Below are positions 37,323 through 48,415 of a DNA stretch of 64,000 bases, piece after piece. The stretch lies in NCBI GenBank assembly GCA_047495785.1, contig JBLDXI010000054.1, positions 1,612,001 to 1,676,000 on the forward strand, given 5' to 3'. Origin of the DNA: Lepidodermella squamata. Its lineage: Eukaryota; Animalia; Gastrotricha. The notes beneath the pieces were generated by a model, which did no database searches, was not told the origin of the DNA, and saw only the letters and a program-made list of their open reading frames with translations. The translations under genes and the position numbers were made by a program. The first letter of the stretch is position 1. Every line of letters starts with the position of its first letter.

Positions 37323-38316
37323 CGTGCGCCATTCTCCCGCATGGCGCATACGGCACTTGGTCGACTTAATCCCAGTTATGCCTCGGCGCACACATTTTAA
37401 CTGGTTGATATTTGAAGTTCGGCCATCATTGCCAGAAACTTCTACTCTACAGCTGTGCACCTCATCCTTGCCTTTAGATCCTTAGCCCTCGAGCCTACCG
37501 AGAATATCCTGCCCTCGTCTAATTCAGCGTCAGCCAATGCCTGTCTGTGCCCAGAACCCTGAGGCCTCAAATTCAAACATTTTGGCGAGCCTTGACTGAG
37601 CCTCCACCCTGAGCCCGCGAGCCTGAGTCTGGTTGGAGCCCTGACCGAGCCAACTGGTGAGCCCTGGAAATATAGTAAACAATTGTGCTTTGCCTTTTAC
37701 AGAGCCTTGACTGAGCCTTTAAGCCTTTGAGCCCAGAGCCTTGACTGAGCCTCCACCCTGAGCCCGCGAGCCTGAGCCTGGTTGGAGCCCTGACCGAGCC
37801 AACTGGTGAGCCCTGGAAATATAGTAAACAATTGTGCTTTGCCTTTTACAGAGCCTTGACTGAGCCTTCGCCCTGAGCCTACGTCATACGTGCCTACGTG
37901 CCTTGAGCCTTCATCTGAGCCCTTCGTCTGAGAAACTCACCCATCACCTGCAGTCGCGGAAAAATCTTATTGAGTAAACTTGAGCCTCCCCTCGTGCTTA
38001 ATTTATTTTGTGTTGAGGACCAATCCCGAAACCCGAACTCGACTCGGAACAACGGAGCAATCCTACGAACAGAACAAAGCGTCAAGCCAAGCGAACCACC
38101 CAAACAAACCAGCTGCAAACCAGTCACCCAGAATCAAAACGAGTCAATATAACAAAAAAAATAATAATAAAATATATAAAGATAAACAAATTAATCATAA
38201 TGATGTATAATAATTTGATGATATAATGATATGATGAAATACCTGACTCTGCCCTGGTCCGAGAGCAACTTTATTTAATGTTGGATGGACTTGAAACAAT
38301 AAATCTGAAAAACTGC
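37323..38316 (+). mobile_element. 3' remnant of a Jockey/I-group-like LINE (RT C-terminus plus 3' UTR with GAGCC-rich tandem repeats)
   Basis: Inverse copy of 42845-43831. An about 149-bp GAGCC-rich unit is duplicated at 37587-37866. Flanked by a 50-bp direct repeat (37273-37322 and 38317-38366). Confidence 0.8.
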
Positions 38317-38771
38317 CAAGTTGATGCAAGGCAGCAACAACAACTGCTACTCGTGAAACGTGAAAGACACATGTGGCCACTACGCACGCGAATGCCCAGA
38401 ACAGGGAAATACGAGTTGAATAATACCAAGAAATGGTCAACATATTTTCACCACTTTAACTGAGCTTTCAGCACTCAATATAGGCTGGCACTAAACTTTC
38501 CAGATTCTTTGCGACATCGGCTTCTTCGATTTTACTGATACCTACCGGTCCTGAACATCCTAGACACGAGCAACAATTTCTGGAAAATTGTTTGACTGTA
38601 AATTTACCTCCTTGTTTCGAATAGGTGAAGTGTTGGTTTATTAGGTAAATTAGAAAAACAATTCCTCAGCCCGCAGGCTAAAAAGGAGATTAACGGGCTG
38701 TTAGTGGCCCCTCAGTGTTAGCAAATTGAATATACTCTATGTACAAAATCTCTATGTATGTGAAAGGCAAT

Positions 38772-41700
38772 CGGTTCGGGTCCGGTTAAATCGTATATTG
38801 TTATGTGCCTCTCTGCGATTGAATATTAAATTTTCTGAGATTTCTTAATAAAAATAATTGTTGAGGAGTGTGCTCCCAGCTTATTAATTTCACATCTCGT
38901 TCGGCTTGGATACGGCATCAACTGTACACTACAACGGACTGTAACCAGCATCGCCGAGATGAAGCCGGAATGCCTCCTGCTACTGTCGATGTTTGGCGCT
39001 GTGGTTATCCTATGGACTGTCGACTTGTCCTTGGCTGGGTCACTTCTCGCTTTTGACCTGGCAGGACAGACTAATTCAAATTCGAACTTGGCTGCTTCTA
39101 CGCCACTCAAGGCGCGTGTGAATCGCGTGCCGTTTGAAACGTGGTGCCGTGAAATCAACGGTCAAGACGACTATAGTGTGCTCGGACACGACGGCAGGCC
39201 AACAGAAACCACGACGCATGAAGGTTTTTCGATCTTTTTTTGTTATTTGGCCCGCGATCCAAAACGTCAAATTACTCGCATGAGAGGTTTTATTCTGATT
39301 TTACTCTTGATTTCGGGGGTTCAGCCAAATCCGGGGCCCCCTGCTAGACACGAATTACCAGTCACACCAAATCATGAGTTGAGCGATGTAGTTCAGAAAT
39401 TGAATTATGGGGACGAAAAAATGAAATTCATACACGCGGTTCATTTCAATGTGAATGGCTTGACATGTAAACTGGAAAAATCTAGTATTTTCAAATATGA
39501 AGCCCTCGCTGAATTCTGCTCAGTGAATAAGCCTGATCTAATCCTAATATCGGAGACGAAAATTCCGGCGAATTCTACACCGAAATTTGTCGAGGATATG
39601 TTTTCAGACTATAGTTGCATTTGGGTTGGACGGGAAAATTCTGGCGGTGGCGGTGTAGCAATATTAGTCCGCAACAATTTGGTGATCAAAAATTATTGGT
39701 CAACCTCATCCACAATCGAGAACATTCACGCTTTAATCGAATCACCAAATGGAATGACATTCACAGCATCCGTGATATATCGATCACCAACAGTAATGCC
39801 CAAAATTCCAGTCGAAGAACTAGACAGTGTTTTAGTTGATCTTACTGCAAAATCGATGCATGTCAATCATCGATTTATAGGCGGAGATTTCAATTGGGAC
39901 CTTCTCGATATCAAAGTTGACTCAGAATTACGAGACACATTCAATACGTTTGATCTGAAACATAGCTTTCCACACTGCATTACTAGGCCAGCCGCTCTTA
40001 CCATGCTCGACCATTTTTGGACCACTGAAAAGGAAGAAAACATCATCTTATCGGGAACAATACATGGGCTTAGCGACCATCACGGGATCTTGTTAGTTAT
40101 CACGGACCAGGGAACAAAAAGGTTTAAAAACCAAGTCGCAACCGAATCTAAGTATCGTAACTTGAAAGCTATCAAGGCAGACCAGTTCAATTATGAACTC
40201 GGTAAGGCACTAGGAAGTCCTAGCATCGAAACCGGAGATAGCTCACAGAATTGCTGGGATAAAATCCAGACAGCGATTATTAAGGTTCTTGATAAACTTG
40301 CACCAGAAACAGTTAGAAAATCTACGCACCGCCGCACCAAACACCGGCCAACTTTTCACTCACTTAGCAAACAACGAAAGGAACATCGAAAAATCCGGAA
40401 ATCGCGAAGGGCCAAATGGCGCAGTAAAGTTACTGAGGCAGGGCGGGATTCCAAAAAAATCTGGAAGGTGGTTAATGAGTTTAGACCTAAGAAATCGTCC
40501 AACCACAACGACTTTCCATCTCTGAATAAAGATGAGTCGTATCTCCTGGCTAACACTTTCAATCAGATGTTCTCGAACGTTGGCAAAAAGATAGCAGATT
40601 TGCTTTTGAATCGCCTAGACTTCGACCGGAAGAACCCGAAGAATCAGGAATTTTCATTTAGGCATATCACGCAAAGGGAACTATGCCTGGCATTCTCAAA
40701 AGTGAAAAACAAATCTACGACTGGTCACGATGGTATTCCGGAGTCTATTCTTAAACTAGCTTCTGATGTTTTGAAACCTCATTTACTCGTTCTGTTCAAT
40801 GTAATAATTGACAATAACACAATTCCTGAGCAATGGAAAATCGCAGTGGTTCATCCTCTTCACAAAGGTGGGTGTAAATCTGACGTAGGTAATTTTAGGC
40901 CTATTTCAATACTGTCAGCCATTTCCAGAACTTTTGAACGGTGCATTTCCATGCAAATTAAGGAACATATCACCAATATCGAGTTTCTTTCGCCTAGCCA
41001 ATTTGGTTTCAGACAATATCATTCTACCGACACATGTCTAGCGAAACTCAGTAATGATCTACGTAAGACTCATGAACAAAGCAAAATATCGGTAGCTATT
41101 GCGATAGACTTGAGCAAGGCTTTTGACTCACTGCATCACCAAGGTGTCTATAACTCCTTAATTAGCGCAGGTTTCACAGAGAAAGCAGTCGGATTAATTC
41201 GCAATTACCTTGAGAACCGAAAACAGTATGTTTCGATAAACAATACCTTTTCAGACCATTTGCCTTTGCTCTACGGCGTGCCCCAAGGTAGTGTACTGGG
41301 GCCGCTACTTTTCACGCTATATATTAATGAGATGGCATCGATTCCCAGATTTGCGAAACTAGTCCAGTTCGCAGATGATACCACTGTATATCATTCAGGA
41401 AAAGATGTTGAAAAGTTACAACAGGAGCTTCAGTACGACATTGATCAATTGAGTGTCTGGCTCGCAGCGAACAGTCTAATGGTAAACGGGAAAAAATCGC
41501 AGATGATTGTTTTGCCAACCGACTACAACACCACTTCCCCACCTAAATTCGAAATCAAAATTGACGGCTGCTTGATCGGAACAACGTCATCACTCAAAGT
41601 CTTGGGGTTTACTCTTGACAATAAATTGGGATTTAAGGAACATTTAAGGGGGGTGAAAAACAAATCACGTAGTGGCTTATTCGGACTGAGGATCGCTGCT

Positions 41701-42497
41701 AAATACCTTGATCGAAAGACTCTCAAACTCATGGCAAATGGCCTAATATTCTGCCACTTAATGTACTGCGATACAACTCTCTCGCAGCTGGCACCGACCA
41801 AGCTCAGCAAACTACAACGTCGCCAAGACCAGGCCGTAAGAATCATTTGCCACGCTCCGATGAACGCGGACCCCGCACCGCTAAGACAAAAACTCGGATG
41901 GCTGGATCTTGACGGAAAACGAAAAGTTCACCTGGCAACACTGATCTGGCGCTGCATTAATGGTGAGGCCCCGGTAGCCATAGCCAACTTCTTCAAACTT
42001 CGAACCGCACCAATGGCTTCTACCCGCAAACAAAACGCCCTCAAAGAACTCTCAAACATCCTAGAGGTGCCCAGGACTAAGTCAGCGATCATGGATCGGT
42101 GTTTGGCTCACCATGGATCGGTATTTTGGAACTCTCTCCCCGACCACATCCGCACATCCAAAACTGCCGACCAATGCAGAAACTTGGTTTACCGTCACCT
42201 GCTTACACAACAAAAAGAACTTACCTCAAATACCGCCGCCTGAAACCAGAAGACAAGAGCATCTGCATTTTATATTTTTATATTGATCCTGCTACAAACC
42301 AACATTCATCACAATTGTTTTCTTTGTTGAGCTATCTTCTTTTTTATACATATAAGTTACATGATGTTTTATAACTATCTAATCTTGTGTACAGTTTAAA
42401 TCGAACCTAACTAATCCATTGTCTTTTTTTACAGCTGAGCTTTCCAACTTTTTCTAAAAACGGATGAATGGCTCATAAATAAATAAAATAAATAAAT
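38772..42497 (+). mobile_element. Non-LTR retrotransposon (CR1/L2-group-like), single ORF, (TAAA)n tail
   Basis: Uninterrupted APE-RT ORF, about 230-nt 3' UTR, and a TAAA repeat tail at 42476-42497. The 5' boundary is inferred. Confidence 0.9.
38959..42243 (+). CDS. LINE ORF2: 2A-like peptide, APE endonuclease and reverse transcriptase
   Basis: Endonuclease motifs HFNVNGL, LISETK, GGGVA, GDFN, LDHF, SDH; RT motifs FRPISIL, QFGFR, DLSKAFD, GVPQGSVLGPLLF, FADD; leader LLLISGVQPNPGP. Confidence 0.95.
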   Translation: MKPECLLLLSMFGAVVILWTVDLSLAGSLLAFDLAGQTNSNSNLAASTPLKARVNRVPFETWCREINGQDDYSVLGHDGRPTETTTHEGFSIFFCYLARDPKRQITRMRGFILILLLISGVQPNPGPPARHELPVTPNHELSDVVQKLNYGDEKMKFIHAVHFNVNGLTCKLEKSSIFKYEALAEFCSVNKPDLILISETKIPANSTPKFVEDMFSDYSCIWVGRENSGGGGVAILVRNNLVIKNYWSTSSTIENIHALIESPNGMTFTASVIYRSPTVMPKIPVEELDSVLVDLTAKSMHVNHRFIGGDFNWDLLDIKVDSELRDTFNTFDLKHSFPHCITRPAALTMLDHFWTTEKEENIILSGTIHGLSDHHGILLVITDQGTKRFKNQVATESKYRNLKAIKADQFNYELGKALGSPSIETGDSSQNCWDKIQTAIIKVLDKLAPETVRKSTHRRTKHRPTFHSLSKQRKEHRKIRKSRRAKWRSKVTEAGRDSKKIWKVVNEFRPKKSSNHNDFPSLNKDESYLLANTFNQMFSNVGKKIADLLLNRLDFDRKNPKNQEFSFRHITQRELCLAFSKVKNKSTTGHDGIPESILKLASDVLKPHLLVLFNVIIDNNTIPEQWKIAVVHPLHKGGCKSDVGNFRPISILSAISRTFERCISMQIKEHITNIEFLSPSQFGFRQYHSTDTCLAKLSNDLRKTHEQSKISVAIAIDLSKAFDSLHHQGVYNSLISAGFTEKAVGLIRNYLENRKQYVSINNTFSDHLPLLYGVPQGSVLGPLLFTLYINEMASIPRFAKLVQFADDTTVYHSGKDVEKLQQELQYDIDQLSVWLAANSLMVNGKKSQMIVLPTDYNTTSPPKFEIKIDGCLIGTTSSLKVLGFTLDNKLGFKEHLRGVKNKSRSGLFGLRIAAKYLDRKTLKLMANGLIFCHLMYCDTTLSQLAPTKLSKLQRRQDQAVRIICHAPMNADPAPLRQKLGWLDLDGKRKVHLATLIWRCINGEAPVAIANFFKLRTAPMASTRKQNALKELSNILEVPRTKSAIMDRCLAHHGSVFWNSLPDHIRTSKTADQCRNLVYRHLLTQQKELTSNTAA

Positions 42498-42530
42498 GCC
42501 GCAAGAGGCCCCGGTTCGAGTCCGGCTATG
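42498..42530 (+). other. tRNA T-arm/B-box-like fragment (tRNA- or SINE-derived)
   Basis: gaggccCCGG-TTCGAGT-CCGG forms a T-stem-loop containing the GGTTCGANTCC B-box consensus. No complete cloverleaf is present. Confidence 0.5.
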
Positions 42531-42844
42531 TTTTCTGTTTTCTTGTCCTAGATCTTAGACTTTTTAAAATTGAATTGTAATGCCGAGGCATGGTCCTTAA
42601 AGGCATGTTCTTAGTTTGCGGATCGTCGATCCTGGTAGCAGTTGGGCCTCGGGTGGCGGCACGCATCAAACGGCGACCCGAGGCGATGAGTGGTTGGTTC
42701 CTTTTGGTGGCTGATGGACTATCTTTTGCCTTTCACATACATAGAGATTTTGTACATAGAGTATATTCAATTTGCTAACACTGAGGGGCCACTAACAGCC
42801 CGTTAATCTCCTTTTTAGCCTGCGGGCTGCCTTGCATCAACTTG

Positions 42845-45026
42845 GCAGTTTTTCAGATTTATTGTTTCAAGTCCATCCAACATTAAATAAAGTTGCTCTC
42901 GGACCAGGGCAGAGTCAGGTATTTCATCATATCATTATATCATCAAATTATTATACATCATTATGATTAATTTGTTTATCTTTATATATTTTATTATTAT
43001 TTTTTTTGTTATATTGACTCGTTTTGATTCTGGGTGACTGGTTTGCAGCTGGTTTGTTTGGGTGGTTCGCTTGGCTTGACGCTTTGTTCTGTTCGTAGGA
43101 TTGCTCCGTTGTTCCGAGTCGAGTTCGGGTTTCGGGATTGGTCCTCAACACAAAATAAATTAAGCACGAGGGGAGGCTCAAGTTTACTCAATAAGATTTT
43201 TCCGCGACTGCAGGTGATGGGTGAGTTTCTCAGACGAAGGGCTCAGATGAAGGCTCAAGGCACGTAGGCACGTATGACGTAGGCTCAGGGCGAAGGCTCA
43301 GTCAAGGCTCTGTAAAAGGCAAAGCACAATTGTTTACTATATTTCCAGGGCTCACCAGTTGGCTCGGTCAGGGCTCCAACCAGGCTCAGGCTCGCGGGCT
43401 CAGGGTGGAGGCTCAGTCAAGGCTCTGGGCTCAAAGGCTTAAAGGCTCAGTCAAGGCTCTGTAAAAGGCAAAGCACAATTGTTTACTATATTTCCAGGGC
43501 TCACCAGTTGGCTCGGTCAGGGCTCCAACCAGACTCAGGCTCGCGGGCTCAGGGTGGAGGCTCAGTCAAGGCTCGCCAAAATGTTTGAATTTGAGGCCTC
43601 AGGGTTCTGGGCACAGACAGGCATTGGCTGACGCTGAATTAGACGAGGGCAGGATATTCTCGGTAGGCTCGAGGGCTAAGGATCTAAAGGCAAGGATGAG
43701 GTGCACAGCTGTAGAGTAGAAGTTTCTGGCAATGATGGCCGAACTTCAAATATCAACCAGTTAAAATGTGTGCGCCGAGGCATAACTGGGATTAAGTCGA
43801 CCAAGTGCCGTATGCGCCATGCGGGAGAATGATCGTTCATGGTCTTATGGCCGAAGCTATCGAAAGATAGTGAAGCTATGTATTTAATGTAGTCGGCCAT
43901 AACATCGCCAGCTGCCAGGCAGCGTTGGCCGTAGCGTTCCAGACGTTCGGTGAAGATGTCTTCAATTGAGGGCACATCAGCCAGAAATAAAGTGCCAAAG
44001 GAATCGGCGTCGTAAGGCAAATCGAGGGCAGCGCGAAGCCCGTTCGCCTGTATTTCAAATAGTCTGTTGATAGAAGACTTGGGTTGACAGGACCATGCTG
44101 GCGAGCCGTACGTGGCCAGGCTTTCGGCCATCGATTTATGAAACATGATTCCTAGTCGCTGTGGCAAAATCTTACGTGTCATGATGCCTCGTAGGACACC
44201 AGCTCTCGGACGGCACTTCGCGGAGATGCTGGATATGTGAGGCTCCCAGCTGAGTTGAGGGGTCAGCGTGACACCCAGGTACTTAATTGAGGGTGTTTGT
44301 TTTATTGTGTGCTTTCCGAGCTTGAGCGAAATCGAGGGCACTGAGTTATAATATCCAAAAAGCATGACCTCGCATTTTTCGAGATTTAAGATCAGGCGCC
44401 ATTGTTCGCACCAGCCGACCGTGACGTCTAGCTGTGCTTGAATTCGGCGGGTACAGTCGAGCAGCGACTTGCCGTAAGCCCAGTTGAGGGCGTCGTCAGC
44501 ATACGTTCCGTTCGCTACTTTCCGCTTGCCATCGTCGGGCTGCAGTCCCATCGGCTGCATATCCGCCGTGAAAAAGATGAATAACAGTGGGCTCAGCGGT
44601 GAGCCCTGAGGCACACCACAGCAGATCGGGTGTTGTTCGCTGAGCTCGCTGTCGACTTTGAGCTTGAAGCAACGGCCGCGCAAAAAGTCGGCCACCCAGC
44701 GGATTATAGGCTCGGGGACACCGGCTTCAATAAGCTTATGCAGGAGTCCATTGTGCCAGACAATGTCGAAGGCACTCTTGAAGTCTAGGGCAGCTGCGAC
44801 GAGCTTCCAATGTCTGGCCAGCGCTACGGCGACGTCGTTGACGAGCCTGAAGGTGGGGTCGGTGGCACTTCGACCTTGCCAAAAGCCGAACTGGTGTTGC
44901 GGCAGCAGATTTTTGCTTACCAGGAAATCGAAGAGAACTTTTGTCACTAGCAGTTCTAGACACTTGCCGAGTGCTGGCAGCAGGGCGACTGGTCTATAGG
45001 ACTCAGGTAGCTCTGGATTGAAACGT
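42845..45026 (-). mobile_element. 5'-truncated Jockey/I-group-like LINE; RT ORF 43676-44947, open upstream to about 45020
   Basis: SYRPVALL, QFGF, LDFKSAFD, GVPQGSPLSPLLF, YADD, KYLGV. It interrupts gtttCAAGTtgatg, with CAAGT on both sides. Confidence 0.9.
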
Positions 45027-45689
45027 ACTTGAAACGTACCTTATCTTGGTTCTTTTGGTTTTTCTTGCCTTGATTTCCGTGCGAATCTTCCTCGTCCTCC
45101 GACTGTGTATCCTCGTTCTCGGACAAGGCTTTGGCAATGAATAATGATTAAAAATAACTTTGAGGCCAGATTAATTTTGAACGTTTCGCGCTGTCAGAAA
45201 GGAACTTGAACACTACAAGTATAAGCACAAGATACACAAGCTATTTTAATGTTAATTATATTAATTATATATATTACTTATTAATTATATCCTTACCATT
45301 TCTTTCACATCATCATATATTTCGTAATAATAATGAGCAATACATAACGTACATTGTAATGCTCAAATTACATAAGTGTAGATCATTATTAATACAAATT
45401 ATATGCTGATGTCAAATAAAAATGGTAAAGATAATATTAATATTAATATAAAATAGCTTCAACCATTTACTCGAATGTAAATTTATTCTGAACTTTTAAT
45501 ATATAATTATTAATGCTGCCACGGCAACCACGCGGTTTATTTCGGTAGAAAGTATGCTCAGTTGTCATCGAGTTAAAAATAACTCCGACCCTAAAAATCC
45601 TCAAGAAGCTCGACCGGCCGAAGTGTTACCAAGTCATTCATCTGTTTTTCGTTTCAAACTCAACTTTCGATTTAAACATCTCTACTAAG

Positions 45690-47312
45690 ATGACTTTTAG
45701 ACTGACTGTTCTTGCTGCGACCTTGGGCATCGCCTGTAGTCGTAAGTTACCGTCTCTTTCACCAATCATTAGCTAATTCGGGGTTCATATTATTTTCAGA
45801 AAGTGTTGTCAGCACTGCCGATTGCTCTGATGCAGTTACCGCCTACCAACCTGAAAGCGGTAGTTTGTTCGACCTTAGCAGTCATCGCATCACCTGTGCC
45901 GATGGCAGCTACCTGACGTCGTGGACGATCCAGAGGAGTGTTAGAGAGGCTAATAAATTGCAGTATGCATACAAGTGCTGCAAGGCCCCGTCTGTCGGAA
46001 AGTGCAGACAAGTTATCAATGGCAACACAGATGGCGGTACCGGGGATGCCGTCTATTTGGACAGACAGGATATCAAGTGCAACGCCAATGAGGTTCTGAA
46101 AGGCTTCAGCCAGAGTACTGCGAGTGGACAGATCCAGTACACCTACACTTGCTGCGAGGTTAGTATCTTTCTGACTAGGAGCCTCCCGAAGGAGATTTTT
46201 AGTACTCGCCCCAGTTCGCGCTCCCACAGTTTCAGTCTTTCCTCGGTTTCACATGCACCTGACCGATAGGAGCAAGTTCAGGGCTGTAACTTTGGCGGAC
46301 ATTAAATATGTCACTGGTTCCGGGCACTCCAACAGCCTTGTTTTATATGAATCATCCTTTAATGAGAACCTAAAAACAAGTAATGCTTGCTCATGCTCTC
46401 TTTTATCCAGGTTCCAAGTAGCACTTCATTCACCAGCAAGGTGCTTGCCACCAATTACAACCAGGACAGTACCAAAACGTGGTCCTTTGCACGTCACAAT
46501 CCGGCCTGTGCGGACGGTGAGCTGATGCAGAGATGGCGCCTTCAACGCCTTCAAGCACAGGGCCTTATCAGCTTCGAATACACCTGTGCCGTCTTCGGCG
46601 GCTCGCCATCACGTTGCGGTAAGTTGAAATGCCTTGGTTCACAATCAATGCACTTTCTTCAAATCAGCGACCGCTCAGTGGTACGAGAAGTGCTCCAATG
46701 CCAACCTGGCAACCGCGGTGTCCGATTACGGCGGTGGGAAAACGTACTCCCTCGCATCTCAAGACGTCAAATGCCCCACCAACAATTATCTAACGTCATT
46801 CGGACTGACCATGCCCAGCGGAACCACCATCATGGACAGCGGAAACACCATCCAGTACTCGTACACTTGCTGCGCTGCCCCCATCGCTGTATCATGCCGC
46901 GAAGTCGAGAACACGTGGACTGATGCCAACTACGGCAACAGCAACTACTTGGACAGGCAGAATATCCAGTGCACTGGTAACGAGGTCTTGAACAGATTCC
47001 AGCTACTTCAGAAACCTACGACCCTCAACATTTCCTACGGCTACACGTGCTGCTCGGTGAGAATTTCTTAAATTAATCTACTAATTTTTGTATGAGATGT
47101 TATCATTTCAGGTCTCAGGAAATGTCACCACTACAAGCCACGTGACGAATTACGCGGACGAAGGCATTCGGATCAACTCACTCGTCAGCCATCGCCCGAC
47201 CTGCCCCAATGGCAAGTTGCTGCAACAGTTCCAACTGAAGCGCAATGGTTTGGGCAAGAGCCGAATCGAGTACACCTGTGCTCAGGTCGTGAGCGAAGCT
47301 TGCGCTGCGTGA
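45690..47312 (+). CDS. Secreted Cys-rich repeat protein, copy 3 (signal peptide plus six repeats of about 50 aa)
   Basis: Exons 45690-45741, 45800-46158, 46411-46618, 46668-47056 and 47112-47312 join in frame. Repeat consensus roughly L-x-x-(H/Q)-x-x-x-C-x(4)-L-x-x-(F/W)-x-L...Y-x-Y-x-C-C. Confidence 0.88.
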
Positions 47313-48099
47313 ATTGGAGAAAAGTATTTTCGAGAGATTGAAGCGGAGAATTGTGCGAGTGCTAATATAAATACTACCCGAGAGTCGAGAGTCGAGAAGG
47401 GTGGGAGTGAAATTCAGCTTAATGATGAAGGTGGAATGAATAAAATAAAAAGCTGATATGAAAGTCTTTCTGTTCTGAATCAAACTTTGAATTTCAAGAA
47501 GAACCTTTGTGAAATTCATACTCACAAAGAAACTCCTGAACGTCTTATATGGTCACAGCCGAGGTTTTTTGAAGGAACGGCTGGCACTTTTCGCACAATT
47601 TAAAGCAAGATCAAAGTCGTCAACCTACAAAACATGGCTTGCTTGCCTCGTATAGTTCGACCATCTTTATGGATAAAGGGAAAATGACCTGATTTGCTCT
47701 AAGCTCTTAGCATTAATTGTCGCTTGTCGCTATAGCAGACAACTAATTCAGATTGTTAACGATTGTGTTCCAAATCTTGTAATTCCTAACACATCTACTG
47801 CTAACTCAAGCGGTCTGAGCTCCAGGATTTGGATCCAGATTTTGGATCCGGGTTCTGGCTCTCAATTATGTTCAAATTGAAGGGTAGACAACCCTGACAG
47901 ATTCGAGGCAAGAAACATAGCGAATAGCGAATAGCGATCCTCCCACAAATATCAAGTCAAAATTCTGGTCAAGAAACTGTTTTTTAAAAGTTAAAAGTGA
48001 CGCCAGCTTATAATCCTGCTTTATTCAACCTCTTTTTATTTGCACATTTTTAAAACCCCATTGGAAATGAGCGCCGGTTGCGTAATCTCCCTAGTAATA

Positions 48100-48415
48100 A
48101 AATCGTCATGCATTGCCACGCGTGAGGCATACATGGCCATGCATAGTCATGCATGGGAATGTATTGCGGTTGTAACTTGTATTGCATGGCCATGTGTTGA
48201 AGTTGTTCAACTATTGCATGGACATGCGTTGCCGATGCATGGGAGCTGTAGCGTGGACATGCAGAATCGTTGCATGCGTAATGTGTGATCACGCGAGACG
48301 ACGCATGATCACGCGTGGAAACGCATGGGCAATACGATGCATGGCAACGCATGGAAAATGCAACTCGAACACATGGCCATGTGCATCCTAAATTGTGCTG
48401 CTCAGGCCATGGGTG
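48100..48415. repeat. CATG/ATGCAT-rich low-complexity tract
   Basis: Dense catgc, gcatg and catggccatg motifs. Confidence 0.65.

Larger units (their letters stand above)
36586..45715. repeat. Large near-identical inverted duplication with a 3.95-kb spacer
   Basis: Arm segments pair as 36586-37277 with 45027-45715, 37330-38335 with 42826-43831, and 38667-38770 with 42726-42829. Identical small ORFs appear on opposite strands in the ORF track. Confidence 0.95.

Noticed and set aside
37587-37866. CRISPR-like appearance of the repeated units
   Set aside because: These are tandem duplications without unique spacers, in a eukaryotic context with no cas genes.
42498-42570. Functional tRNA gene
   Set aside because: Only a T-arm is present; there is no D-arm, anticodon arm or acceptor stem.
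48040-48391. Cys/His/Met-rich ORFs suggesting a metal-binding protein
   Set aside because: Explained by the CATG-rich low-complexity DNA; similar ORFs occur on both strands.
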